Below the pieces are notes generated by a model. That model did no database searches. It was not told the origin of the DNA and worked only from the letters and a program-made list of their open reading frames with translations. The translations under genes were made by a program, and so were the position numbers. Below are positions 10,739 to 19,929 of a stretch of DNA of 32,000 nt, piece after piece; positions within the stretch are counted from its first letter, which is position 1, and each line of letters opens with the position of its first letter. This stretch comes from Methylophaga frappieri (GTDB lineage Bacteria; Pseudomonadota; Gammaproteobacteria; Nitrosococcales; Methylophagaceae): positions 840,001-872,000 of the forward strand of contig NC_017856.1 in assembly GCF_000260965.1 (NCBI RefSeq). The letters are read 5' to 3'.

Positions 10739-10948
10739 ATGGCAGATCAAGTTACAGGTACGGTCAAATGGTTCAATGACGCAAAGGGATTTGGTTTTAT
10801 TGAACGTGCAGATGGTCCGGATGTTTTCGTCCACCACAGCGCGATTCAATCTGAAGGATTCAGAACATTGAAAGAAGGACAGGCCGTCACCATGGTAGTT
10901 ACCCAGGGTGCAAAAGGTCCACAGGCAGAAAACGTTATCCCAAGCTGA
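10739..10948 (+). CDS. Cold-shock domain protein (CspA family)
   Basis: 69 aa with [15 protein letters not shown] and VFVHHSAI, the RNP1 and RNP2 motifs. Confidence 0.95.
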   Translation: MADQVTGTVKWFNDAKGFGFIERADGPDVFVHHSAIQSEGFRTLKEGQAVTMVVTQGAKGPQAENVIPS

Positions 10949-10974
10949 TAGGTTTCCGCGATGATTCAGAAAAA

Positions 10975-11003
10975 CCGGTGCAGAAATGCACCGGTTTTTT
11001 TTT
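10975..11003 (+). terminator. Rho-independent terminator downstream of csp
   Basis: CCGGTGCA-GAAA-TGCACCGG hairpin followed by a run of nine T. Confidence 0.8.
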
Positions 11004-11079
11004 AACAAAACTGCAGTGCTTGACCTGCACAATGTAAGGCGCACAATAAAAGGCTCGGATTAATCATTAAGGAAAAGAC

Positions 11080-11826
11080 ATGAAAACGGCTTCCACCTGG
11101 ATGTTTCTGACCTTTTTGTTCCTGACACCTGCCCACGCTGACTTTGGCAAAATGCTCGAAGACTTTAAATCGGCCGGCAAGACGATGCTGGGACAAGAGC
11201 AAAGCCACGACGGCGAAGGCTTAGCAAATGACACCATCATAGACGGCTTACGTGAGGCATTAACACTTGGCAGTCAACGTGCCATCGACACGATCGGCCA
11301 GGAAGGTGGCTTCCTGAATAACGCGGCGATTCGTATTCCTCTGCCACCACGTGTACAAAAAGTATCGGATGTAATGAAAAAGTTTGGCATGAGTCAACTG
11401 GCTGATGACTTTGAAAACAGCATGAATCGCGCTGCAGAACAGGCAGCGCCAGAAGCAACATCTATTCTGGTTGATGCGATTAGAAGTATGTCTATTAGCG
11501 ATGCCAAAACGATTCTTCAGGGCGATCAGGATGCGGCTACGCGTTATTTTGAGGATAAAACCCGACCGCGGTTGGCCACTCTTTTTTCACCGATTGTGGA
11601 AGACTCTCTGAATAATGTTGGCGCAACGCGTTATTACAATCAATTAGACAGCAAAATGCAGGCCGTGCCTGTTGTCGGTCAAAACCTGAATGTTGACCTC
11701 AATGAGTATGTTACTCAGCAGGCGTTAGACGGTTTGTTTATTATGCTTGCGGCAGAAGAACAAAAAATCCGTGAAAATCCTGCGGCACGAACGACATCAT
11801 TACTGAAACAAGTTTTTGGTAAATAA
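11080..11826 (+). CDS. Secreted DUF4197-like protein
   Basis: 248 aa with a signal peptide (FLFLTPAHA/D). The helical body has the LREALTLGSQRAIDTIG motif that I associate with DUF4197. Confidence 0.65.
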   Translation: MKTASTWMFLTFLFLTPAHADFGKMLEDFKSAGKTMLGQEQSHDGEGLANDTIIDGLREALTLGSQRAIDTIGQEGGFLNNAAIRIPLPPRVQKVSDVMKKFGMSQLADDFENSMNRAAEQAAPEATSILVDAIRSMSISDAKTILQGDQDAATRYFEDKTRPRLATLFSPIVEDSLNNVGATRYYNQLDSKMQAVPVVGQNLNVDLNEYVTQQALDGLFIMLAAEEQKIRENPAARTTSLLKQVFGK

Positions 11827-11895
11827 TAACGTCGGCGCTACTCATTGCAGCCAACATAATTTAGAATACGCCTAAAAATAATAAGGGAATTAGTT

Positions 11896-12660
11896 ATGGC
11901 TTCTACGCATAAACTTAATCTCGCCAGTCAGGGAACCTCGCTTAAAGCATTATTTACTGGATACCTTGTGGTTGTCGCTGTCGGATACTTGATGGCTTTG
12001 GTCCAAATCCAGTTAACGCATGGTTTAGCAGATGGTGAATATGGTCTGTCGATCGATGATATTGTCTATAGTTATTATGGAAATCGTAATAACTCGTTGT
12101 TGGAAAATAAGTTACATGGTTCCATGAAACCTATGGCAACTGATGATGAGCGGGATCAGATCATTCAGTGGATCCATAGTGGGGCAAGCTCTGAAGCTTA
12201 TGAAAACACGGGTATAAAACAGATATTCGAAGCGAAATGTATTATTTGTCACAATGCTGGTGCAGGCGGCACGATTCCAGATTATTCTAATTTTCAGGAA
12301 ATCAAAGACCGCGCACTCGTCGATACTGGTGCCAGCATCAGCTCTTTGGCTCGAGTTTCACACATTCACTTGTTTGGTATCGCCTTCATTTTTATGTTTG
12401 TCGGCCTGGTTTTCAGTCTGGCTTCCGGGGTACCCAAACTCTTAAAAGTCACAGTCATATCGATGCCGTATATCTTTTTGCTTGTCGATATTGCGGCTTG
12501 GTGGCTGACCAAGCTACACCCGAATTTTGCTTGGTTTGTCATCATCGCAGGTGGAGCCATGGCAATGTCATTTGGATTTATGTGGATCGTTTCCATGTAT
12601 GAAATGTGGATTTTGCCAAGATTCCGGGTTGATACCCGCGATGCACTGCTCGACGAGTAG
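11896..12660 (+). CDS. Membrane protein with a single CxxCH heme-c motif in an extracytoplasmic loop
   Basis: 254 aa. One N-terminal TM is followed by a roughly 110-aa loop containing CIICH, then three or four C-terminal TM helices. An AAGGGA RBS precedes the start. Confidence 0.6.
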   Translation: MASTHKLNLASQGTSLKALFTGYLVVVAVGYLMALVQIQLTHGLADGEYGLSIDDIVYSYYGNRNNSLLENKLHGSMKPMATDDERDQIIQWIHSGASSEAYENTGIKQIFEAKCIICHNAGAGGTIPDYSNFQEIKDRALVDTGASISSLARVSHIHLFGIAFIFMFVGLVFSLASGVPKLLKVTVISMPYIFLLVDIAAWWLTKLHPNFAWFVIIAGGAMAMSFGFMWIVSMYEMWILPRFRVDTRDALLDE

Positions 12661-12676
12661 TACAACCAACTGCCAT

Positions 12677-12708
12677 AAAAAAATCCCGCCAAGTGCGGGA
12701 TTTTTTTC
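12677..12708. terminator. Bidirectional rho-independent terminator between convergent genes
   Basis: AAAAAAATCCCGC-CAAGT-GCGGGATTTTTTT. The stem is flanked by an A-run and a T-run, so it can serve both 11896-12660 (+) and uup (-). Confidence 0.75.
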
Positions 12709-12726
12709 AATTCTTAGCGAAGAAAC

Positions 12727-14643
12727 TTATTCTTCCACTCCATCTTGCTGCTTGGCCTCCAAGGCTTCCCATTGAACAAATAAGGTTTCAAGCTCCGACT
12801 CTAACTGCGTCAACTCCTGTTGCAACGCCGTGATTTTTTCTGATGGCTGTTGATAAAAGTCAGGCTGGCTCATTTGCAATGTCAGCATTGATTGTTGTTG
12901 TTCCAGTTTTTCGATTTTTTGTGGCAAAGCTTGCAGATCAAGTTGCTGCTGATACGTTAAGGTCGATTTACGCTTTTTAGACTTGTTATCAGCCCTCGAC
13001 GCAGACTGGGCGGCCTCGCCAGGAGTTGGCTTTACCGGCACAGATGCTAATTGGCGTTGATGTAACCAGTCATCATAGCCGCCGACATATTCCCGAACTA
13101 CGCCGTCATCATCAAAAACGATACTGCTGGTGACCACATTGTTAAGAAAACTACGATCATGGCTGACCAGCAATAAAGTGCCGTTATAACTGGCCAGTAA
13201 CTCTTCAAGCAGCTCCAGTGTTTCTGCATCCAAGTCATTGGTTGGCTCATCCATAACCAATAGGTTAGCTGGCTGAGTAAATAACTTGGCGAGTAATAAC
13301 CGGTTACGTTCACCACCTGAGAGTGCTTTGACTGGCGTTCTCGCCCGCTCGGGGGTAAACAGAAAGTCCTGTAAATAACCAATAATGTGTTTACGACTGT
13401 CACCTAACTCGACAAAATCTCGGCCTTGTCCGACGTTGTCCACTACCGAAGCGTTTTCTTCAAGCTGACTCCGCAGCTGATCAAAATAAGCAACTTGTAA
13501 ATTGGTTCCTAACCGTACCGAGCCGGATTGCGGCTGTTGTTTTCCTAGAACAATGCCAAGCAGGGTACTTTTACCACAGCCATTTGGACCAATAATGCCA
13601 ACCCGATCACCGCGCTGAATAACGGATGAAAAGTTATCGAATAGTGTTTTTCCATCATAAGACTGACTGACGGCTTTAATTTCTGCGACTAACTTGCCGC
13701 TGCGATCCGCTTCATGGAGTTGCATCGCCACATTGCCTTGGACTTCACGACGCTGCTGGCGCTCACGACGCAGTTGCTGTAAGGCCCGGACGCGCCCTTC
13801 ATTTCTGGTCCGACGTGCCTTGATACCTTGACGAATCCAGACTTCCTCCTGAGCCAGCTTTTTATCAAACTGGGCGTTTTGCTCTGCTTCCGCAGCCAGC
13901 ATGGCTTCACGCTTTTGTAGAAAATTTCGATAGTCACCGGGGAAACTGGCCAACTTGCCCCGATCCAGCCAGACAATCCGAGTCGCCAATGCTTGCAGAA
14001 AGCTGCGATCGTGAGTAATAAATAAAACCGTGCCCTCGTAAGATTTTAAAAAGCCTTCCAACCAAGTGATTGAATTGATATCCAAATGATTGGTCGGCTC
14101 ATCCAGCAATAAAATATCAGGCGACTTGACCAGTGCCTGGGCCAACAAGACACGCCGTTTCATCCCACCAGATAAACTGTCAAAAGACGCATCAGCAGGT
14201 AAGTCCAGCTTGGAAATTACCGTTTCAACCTGTTGTTCAAACAACCAGCCATCGGCGGCTTCCAATTGGTGCTGTGCTTTTTCAAGCCGGTTTAACACCG
14301 CCTCGCTAGCATCATCTTGCAGCTGCTGAACAATGTGGTGATACTGCACCAGTAAGGGGGCAATATCGCCCAAACCGGCGGCAACCACATCAAAAACCGT
14401 CCCCTGCGTGCCAGCCGGCACCTCTTGTTCGAGTCGGGCAATCTTCAGGTTCTGCAAATTTGTAGTATCGCCAGCATCAGCGGTGACGTCACCGGCAATA
14501 ACCTTCATCAAGGTTGATTTCCCAGCACCATTACGGCCGACCAGACAGACCCGTTCGCCTTTGTCGATTTGAAAATCAACGTTTTCAAGTAAATTCGGTC
14601 CGCCAAAACTCACGGTCAGTTGTTTAAGTTGCAACAAAGCCAT
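12727..14643 (-). CDS. uup: ABC-F family ATPase Uup
   Basis: 638 aa with two ABC cassettes (GRNGAGKST, GPNGCGKST; LSGG signatures), the inter-domain linker QEEVWIRQGIKARRTRNEGRVRAL and a C-terminal coiled coil. It is collinear with E. coli Uup as I recall it. Confidence 0.93.
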   Translation of the reverse strand: MALLQLKQLTVSFGGPNLLENVDFQIDKGERVCLVGRNGAGKSTLMKVIAGDVTADAGDTTNLQNLKIARLEQEVPAGTQGTVFDVVAAGLGDIAPLLVQYHHIVQQLQDDASEAVLNRLEKAQHQLEAADGWLFEQQVETVISKLDLPADASFDSLSGGMKRRVLLAQALVKSPDILLLDEPTNHLDINSITWLEGFLKSYEGTVLFITHDRSFLQALATRIVWLDRGKLASFPGDYRNFLQKREAMLAAEAEQNAQFDKKLAQEEVWIRQGIKARRTRNEGRVRALQQLRRERQQRREVQGNVAMQLHEADRSGKLVAEIKAVSQSYDGKTLFDNFSSVIQRGDRVGIIGPNGCGKSTLLGIVLGKQQPQSGSVRLGTNLQVAYFDQLRSQLEENASVVDNVGQGRDFVELGDSRKHIIGYLQDFLFTPERARTPVKALSGGERNRLLLAKLFTQPANLLVMDEPTNDLDAETLELLEELLASYNGTLLLVSHDRSFLNNVVTSSIVFDDDGVVREYVGGYDDWLHQRQLASVPVKPTPGEAAQSASRADNKSKKRKSTLTYQQQLDLQALPQKIEKLEQQQSMLTLQMSQPDFYQQPSEKITALQQELTQLESELETLFVQWEALEAKQQDGVEE

Positions 14644-16529
14644 TAAGCTGTTTCCTGTTCAGCACGGGTTAAATCTTCACTGGCTTCAAGCCATTCCAGT
14701 TCAGTCTGCGCCAACTGCGATTTAAATTCACTTTGTTGTTGCAGCAGCTGTTTTAACTGATCCTTTTGTTCCGCTTCGTATAATTCCGGCGCAGCCAGTT
14801 GCGCTTCAATGGACTGTAATTGTTGATGTTGCTTATCCATTAATTGCTCCGCGCGCTGTACCTTTTTCTTAAGTGGTTGCAACCGCTGACGCTGCTGGGC
14901 TGCCGCTTGTCTGTCCGCTTTTTTGGGTTTGGCTAGCGCTGTTTTTGAGGCACTGTCATTGTCTTTTCCCAGCCGAAGCAATCGATAGTCATCCAAATCA
15001 CCAGCAAAGGCTTTTGCTTGCCCCTCAGCAACCAACCATAAATCATCCGTGACATTCCGCAGAAAATACCGATCATGCGAGACCACAACCAATGCGCCGT
15101 CATACTCCTGCAAGGCCATGGTCAACGCATGACGCATTTCCAAATCGAGATGGTTCGTTGGCTCGTCAAGTAACAGTAACGCCGGTCGCTGATAGACCAG
15201 TATTGCCAGTACCAGTCTTGCTTTTTCACCGCCGGAAAATGGAGCCACTTTTTGCACGGCCTCATCGCCATGAAAGCCAAAACCGCCAAGATAATCACGC
15301 AACACTTGTTCCGAGGCCATCACATCTAATCGCTGCATGTGCTGTAGTGGCGACTCATCGGGTCGTAATTGTTCAAGCTGATGCTGAGCAAAATAGCCAA
15401 TGACGATATCTTTTCCCTCGCGGCGCTTTCCGGATAATGGTGTCAGTTCCCCGGCAATCAGCTTAATTAAAGTTGATTTACCGGCGCCGTTAGGACCCAG
15501 CAAACCAATCCGGTCGCCGGCATTCAGGCTCAGTTTAAGTGACGTCAGCAATGGTTGCTGGTTATACCCGGCAGATGCCTCGTCAAGTGCCAGTATTGGT
15601 GTCGTCAATCTGCTAGGCTCAAAAAACCGAAAATGAAATGGCGAATCAACATGCGCCGGCGCAATCATTTCCATTCTTGCCAAAGCCTTGAGACGACTTT
15701 GTGCCTGTTTGGCTTTGGTCGCTTTCGCCTTAAAGCGGTTAACAAAACTGCGAATATGCGCCACTTCCCGTTGTTGTTTATCATGTGCCGCTTGTTGATT
15801 TGCCAGATGCATAGCCCGAGCTTGCTCAAAATCACTATAGTTACCGGTGTACAACTTGATTCGCTGCTGCTCGATATGGGCGATCTGATTGACGACCCGA
15901 TCCAGGAAGTCGCGATCATGCGAGATAACAATCAGCGTGCCACTATATTGTCTTAGCCACTCTTCCAGCCAATAAACAGCTTCCAGGTCGAGATGATTTG
16001 TTGGCTCATCAAGCAGTAACAAATCACTACGACACATCAACGCCTGCGCCAGATTGAGTCGCATCCGCCAGCCACCAGAAAACGAGCGTACGGCTTGAGT
16101 CTGTTGCGCTGCGGAGAAACCTAACCCATGCAGCAATCGCGCCGCTCTGCTACGGCCGCTGTAGCCATCAATCAGACTCAGTGCGTCATGTAATTGCGTT
16201 TGCTGATGACCATCTTCTTGTCGCTCCGCTTCGGCAAGCTTTAGTAAGAGATCGCTGAGCGGGGCATCTCCTTCCAAAACATAATCAATCGCTGGCGTGT
16301 CGACAGCGGGTGTCTCTTGCGCCACATGCGCAATAACCCAATTGGCCGGCATATCCAAATCACCACTATCCGCCGATAATTGACCACGCATCATGGCAAA
16401 CAAACTGGATTTTCCAGCACCGTTGGCGCCGGTTAAACCGACACGCTGTCCAGGATGAATGACGAGATTAGCCTGTTCAAAAAGAACTCGCGGGCCGCGA
16501 CGCAAAATGAGTTGAGTCAGTTTTATCAT
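14643..16529 (-). CDS. yheS: ABC-F family ATPase YheS
   Basis: 628 aa with tandem ABC cassettes. The linker RFKAKATKAKQAQSRLKALARMEMIAPAHVDSPF closely matches E. coli YheS as I recall it. Its TAA stop shares one nucleotide with the uup ATG (TAATG). Confidence 0.93.
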   Translation of the reverse strand: MIKLTQLILRRGPRVLFEQANLVIHPGQRVGLTGANGAGKSSLFAMMRGQLSADSGDLDMPANWVIAHVAQETPAVDTPAIDYVLEGDAPLSDLLLKLAEAERQEDGHQQTQLHDALSLIDGYSGRSRAARLLHGLGFSAAQQTQAVRSFSGGWRMRLNLAQALMCRSDLLLLDEPTNHLDLEAVYWLEEWLRQYSGTLIVISHDRDFLDRVVNQIAHIEQQRIKLYTGNYSDFEQARAMHLANQQAAHDKQQREVAHIRSFVNRFKAKATKAKQAQSRLKALARMEMIAPAHVDSPFHFRFFEPSRLTTPILALDEASAGYNQQPLLTSLKLSLNAGDRIGLLGPNGAGKSTLIKLIAGELTPLSGKRREGKDIVIGYFAQHQLEQLRPDESPLQHMQRLDVMASEQVLRDYLGGFGFHGDEAVQKVAPFSGGEKARLVLAILVYQRPALLLLDEPTNHLDLEMRHALTMALQEYDGALVVVSHDRYFLRNVTDDLWLVAEGQAKAFAGDLDDYRLLRLGKDNDSASKTALAKPKKADRQAAAQQRQRLQPLKKKVQRAEQLMDKQHQQLQSIEAQLAAPELYEAEQKDQLKQLLQQQSEFKSQLAQTELEWLEASEDLTRAEQETA

Positions 16530-16572
16530 GGCGCGAATTGTAACGGATTCGTGCGGATTTATGCCCGAATAA

Positions 16573-17259
16573 TTAGTTCAGCGTCATTGGTAACTGCCAA
16601 TCAATGGGCTCTCTTCCGTGCTGTGCGAGATAGGCATTGGCTTGACTAAAATGCCGACACCCCAGAAAGCCCCGATGTGCGGACAAGGGCGAAGGATGCG
16701 TCGACTTAAGAACAAGATGATGTTCGCTGTCTATAGCGGCCCCTTTTTTCTGGGCATAACTGCCCCACAGCATGAAAACAACATGCTGAGACTGCTGGCT
16801 GACAATCTCAACGATCCGGTCTGTAAACTGCTCCCAGCCTTTGCCCTGATGTGCGTTGGCCTGATTTTGCTCTACGGTGAGTACCGCATTCAATAGCAAC
16901 ACACCTTGCTTTGCCCAAGATTCGAGACAACCATGTTGCGGTACAGCAAAATTGACATCATCAATTAACTCTTTATAGATATTCTTCAACGAAGGCGGGA
17001 CGGCAACACCGGGTTTGACCGAAAAACACAGACCATGCGCTTGACCGGGTTGGTGATAAGGATCTTGCCCCAAAATGACCACCTTCACTGTCGATAAGGG
17101 AGTGGCTTCGAGCGCATGAAACCAGTCCGATGAATGCGGGTAAATCACCTTTTGTCGCTGCTTTTCCTGCTGCAAAAATGTCTTTAATACTGCCATATAG
17201 GGCTTGGAAAACTCATCAGTTAACACTTTCTGCCACTCAGGTGCTTGTTCTAAAGCCAT
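16573..17259 (-). CDS. ung: Uracil-DNA glycosylase
   Basis: 228 aa with [10 protein letters not shown], the GVLLLN motif and HPSPLSA. Confidence 0.95.
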   Translation of the reverse strand: MALEQAPEWQKVLTDEFSKPYMAVLKTFLQQEKQRQKVIYPHSSDWFHALEATPLSTVKVVILGQDPYHQPGQAHGLCFSVKPGVAVPPSLKNIYKELIDDVNFAVPQHGCLESWAKQGVLLLNAVLTVEQNQANAHQGKGWEQFTDRIVEIVSQQSQHVVFMLWGSYAQKKGAAIDSEHHLVLKSTHPSPLSAHRGFLGCRHFSQANAYLAQHGREPIDWQLPMTLN

Positions 17260-17456
17260 GACGACTCCGATTTAAACCTCATTAAAACATCATGCTAACA
17301 GCTTGCTTAACTGACACATAACGCATCGTCAGAGATCGTCAATCGCTTTTATTCAGGCCCTGCCATCTGTTTGAGATGCATGATGCTGATGAAACCAGTT
17401 CGGTTTCGACACGGTCATTCATTTAAAATCAGGCATGTTTAAGGTAAATTGATACG

Positions 17457-17852
17457 ATGACTAAAATTAATAAAACACAGACGGAGTGGCAATCAGCGCT
17501 GACAGAAGAGCAGTTTCGGGTAACGCGTCAGGCAGGAACCGAAGCCCCCTTTTCCGGCAAGTACTATGATTTTAATGAGACAGGTCGTTATCAATGCATT
17601 TGTTGTGGTGTAACGCTGTTTCATTCTGATGCGAAATTTGACGCAGGCTGTGGCTGGCCCAGTTTTTCTTCACAAATCGAACATGGTGTGGTCAGTCACC
17701 ATCAGGATGACAGTCACGGCATGCAGCGTATCGAAGTCAGATGTAGCCAGTGTGACGCGCATCTTGGCCATGTATTTGATGATGGGCCAGAACCAACCGG
17801 TCTTCGTTATTGCATTAACTCTGTTGCAATTAACTTCGATGAAGAAAACTGA
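17457..17852 (+). CDS. msrB: Peptide-methionine (R)-S-oxide reductase MsrB
   Basis: 131 aa with two CxxC zinc motifs (CICCG, CSQCD), GHVFDDGP and the catalytic RYCINS. Confidence 0.95.
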   Translation: MTKINKTQTEWQSALTEEQFRVTRQAGTEAPFSGKYYDFNETGRYQCICCGVTLFHSDAKFDAGCGWPSFSSQIEHGVVSHHQDDSHGMQRIEVRCSQCDAHLGHVFDDGPEPTGLRYCINSVAINFDEEN

Positions 17853-18108
17853 CTGGACTTTATATATTGTCAGCACAGAAGACGGGGCGCTTTATACCGG
17901 AATTACGACCGACCTTGCTCGTCGGCTTAAGCAACATCGACAGGAACTTGCTGGCGGTGCAAAGTTTTTTCGCCGGAGTCCGTTAGCCGCGTTGCTTTAT
18001 CAGGAAAAACATGCCGATCGACGGAGCGCCAGTCAACGCGAATACGCGATTAAACAGTTAAGCAAACAACAAAAGCTAAAATTAATTAATGACAAAACAG
18101 CAAGTTGA
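17839..18108 (+). CDS. GIY-YIG nuclease-superfamily protein (YhbQ/UPF0213-like); its stop codon lies in the prophage terminus
   Basis: The track ORF 17629-18108 is trimmed to ATG 17839 (MKKTDWTLYIVSTEDGALYTGITTDLARRLKQH), which contains the GIY-YIG motif. It overlaps the msrB end by 14 nt. The TGA at 18106-18108 coincides with the proposed phage terminal TGA. Confidence 0.8.
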   Translation: MKKTDWTLYIVSTEDGALYTGITTDLARRLKQHRQELAGGAKFFRRSPLAALLYQEKHADRRSASQREYAIKQLSKQQKLKLINDKTAS

Positions 18109-18155
18109 AAGGAAGAGAGATAAATACTGAGAAGAAGCGAGATAAATGCGGGGTG
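18106..18155 (+). repeat. Prophage terminus with two phased transposase-binding-site candidates
   Basis: Terminal 5'-TGAA. AGAGAGATAAATAC (18114-18127) and AGCGAGATAAATGC (18136-18149) are direct repeats exactly 22 bp apart. The layout and the GATAAATGCG decamer at nt 36-45 match my recollection of the Mu R1-R2 end. Confidence 0.6.
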
Positions 18156-18214
18156 AGCTGGGATTAAGTGGGTTTACTTGGGGTGGCGGTTTGGAAATGT
18201 TTTACAAATACAGC

Positions 18215-18247
18215 AAAAGAAAAAATGGCTGACCAGAGCGGCCAGCC
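18215..18247 (-). terminator. Rho-independent terminator closing the early operon after mor
   Basis: The minus strand reads GGCUGGCC-GCUCU-GGUCAGCC (8-bp stem with one G-U) followed by AUUUUUUCUUUU, starting 7 nt after the mor stop. Confidence 0.7.
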
Positions 18248-18253
18248 GAACGA

Positions 18254-18601
18254 TTAAAACAAAGTTGTCTGATTTGGGTCACCTTTAGCGCGCACACGTT
18301 TGATGATTTTATAGATGGCCCTGATTGTTAGATTGTAATCCTTAGCCAAGATGTGGTGATTACGGCCATTGAATTTATCATAGATTTCCTCGTCCCGACT
18401 GCTGATTTGATAGTGATGATCTTTTGGGAAAGTGAAGTTCTGGCCACCCCAGTTGTTTGCCAGGTGGTCAGCGATAGCACAGCCAATCTGGTCGGCTAGA
18501 TCAGCCTCGATACCGTGCTCACCGGCGACTGAGCTCACCTGTGCATGAATATCTTCCAGCAGCTCGTGGCGTCTTGTTTCCATCATTGAATCTCTGCTCA
18601 T
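18254..18601 (-). CDS. mor: Mor/C-family transcriptional activator
   Basis: 115 aa. WGGQNFTFPK...RDEEIYDKFNGRNHHILAKDYNLTIRAIYKIIKR parallels Mu Mor (GGGQVYIPR...RDLRIWNDFNGRN...YGVTFNTVYKAIRR). Confidence 0.85.
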   Translation of the reverse strand: MSRDSMMETRRHELLEDIHAQVSSVAGEHGIEADLADQIGCAIADHLANNWGGQNFTFPKDHHYQISSRDEEIYDKFNGRNHHILAKDYNLTIRAIYKIIKRVRAKGDPNQTTLF

Positions 18602-18623
18602 TTCCTCACCTACCTATATCTCT

Positions 18624-19340
18624 TCATTGACTGGGAATCAGACTTAATACGTCTTTTATAGATGGCCAACGATTAGTTGTTTCTGCTGTTTCCATAAATG
18701 CTCTATACAGCCGATTTTCACCTCTAAAATGATTTTTTCTATCCCAGTTACGCTTTGGCCACATACCTGATATGAAACGGTCAACAACCATTGGAATAGT
18801 GTCGTATGCAGGTACATTCTCCAGCCCCATCAGCATCATTTCTGCCATGGCGCCACAAATGGTTTTGGTGAACCACTCGTCAATCCCTTCCAGATTCGGA
18901 TAGTTTTTGAGCATATCTATCGTCATCGCTGATTTAGACTGACGTGCCGCTGCAGCGGGTAATTGTCCGGCGCTCGTATTGACTGCAGACGAAACACTGA
19001 CAGTCTCAATGACACGCTTAAGATAGTTATGATTGGTGAGTGGTTTGAAACTGCCTTCATCCTGCTTTATCCGCATAGCCTGAACTGTTTCATTCATCGC
19101 CACAGCCAGACGGCTTTTATCATCAGACAGTTCTAGTACCTCGTTTGCAAGTCTTAACGCACGGTCATTAGCGAGATCACGCGAACTGCTTCGGAATAGG
19201 CCCATATAAACAATGAGTGAGCGCCCAACACCTTCAGGGAGATCGATAAGCAGCGCAAGCAGATCACTGGCCGATTTATCCTGGGCCATTTGCTCTATTG
19301 ATATTCGACAATGGCATGAAGGACATCTATTGAGCTGCAT
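18624..19340 (-). CDS. Hypothetical early protein with an N-terminal CxxCxC motif
   Basis: The track ORF is trimmed to ATG 19340 (MQLNRCPSCHC...). It overlaps the gemA stop by 14 nt. No family was recognised. Confidence 0.55.
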   Translation of the reverse strand: MQLNRCPSCHCRISIEQMAQDKSASDLLALLIDLPEGVGRSLIVYMGLFRSSSRDLANDRALRLANEVLELSDDKSRLAVAMNETVQAMRIKQDEGSFKPLTNHNYLKRVIETVSVSSAVNTSAGQLPAAAARQSKSAMTIDMLKNYPNLEGIDEWFTKTICGAMAEMMLMGLENVPAYDTIPMVVDRFISGMWPKRNWDRKNHFRGENRLYRAFMETAETTNRWPSIKDVLSLIPSQ

Positions 19341-19929
19341 ATTCAAATTCCAGCTTTTCATTGAGAGAATCGACGATTGCAATTAATAAACTCGGGTTGC
19401 GACGCCACTTATCTGCATCTTTCCTACCGGATATCAGATGCTCAACATAAGAGACGTCTAGGTTCAGGGCATCCAGAAGATATTCGATATCAGCCAGCAG
19501 CTTGCGTTTCTTTTGTTCAACTTCGAGTGCAGCAATGATCGACTCGAAATGTTTGCGTTCATGCACCCATTCCAGGCGCTGCATACCTGGTCTGCCCAGT
19601 GTTTTTTCACCGTTGCCGCCAGTAATGCGAAATGCAATAGACTCTGCGTATTGCCAGCTGAGACCCATATCGGCCAGTAAGGCTTCAATTTTCTTCATAT
19701 ACGGGCTTGGATTGACTGGTTTACGGCCAGCACGTTTCGGCGAGCGTTTAGTGATGACTTTGGCATCACGAAGCACTCTGACTAGCTGTTCCAATTCGCG
19801 ATCGGTCATCTTGCTGCAGCTGCGTTTGCCGGTATGCTGTTCCTGCCAGTCGCGACGGCTTTCTTCATCACTAAAAAGCCTGTCAGCACCAATATGTACC
19901 AATTGAATGAGTTGTCTTCGCTGGCTCAT
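19327..19929 (-). CDS. gemA: GemA-like protein (Mu gp16 / DUF1018 family)
   Basis: 200 aa. LIQLVHIGADRLFSDEESRRDWQEQHTGKRSCSKMTDRELEQLVRVLR parallels the Mu GemA N-terminus. It lies upstream of mor, as in Mu. Confidence 0.8.
   Translation of the reverse strand: MSQRRQLIQLVHIGADRLFSDEESRRDWQEQHTGKRSCSKMTDRELEQLVRVLRDAKVITKRSPKRAGRKPVNPSPYMKKIEALLADMGLSWQYAESIAFRITGGNGEKTLGRPGMQRLEWVHERKHFESIIAALEVEQKKRKLLADIEYLLDALNLDVSYVEHLISGRKDADKWRRNPSLLIAIVDSLNEKLEFEYAAQ

Noticed and set aside
10703-11208. Minus-strand ORFs 10703-11044 and 11002-11208.
   Set aside because: They are antisense to the cold-shock gene, its terminator and the start of the DUF4197-like gene. They have no supporting signals.
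13098-15956. Multiple 78-133-aa ORFs inside and antisense to uup and yheS.
   Set aside because: They are shadow ORFs within two strongly supported ABC-F genes.
17629-17838. An N-terminal extension of the GIY-YIG ORF, giving the 159-aa version in the track.
   Set aside because: The extension overlaps 224 nt of msrB in another frame. The GIY-YIG domain begins right after the internal ATG at 17839.
18162-18170. A possible third transposase site, GATTAAGTG, 21 bp after the second repeat.
   Set aside because: Only about 5 of 9 positions match GATAAATGC. That is too weak to call without the other prophage end or footprinting.
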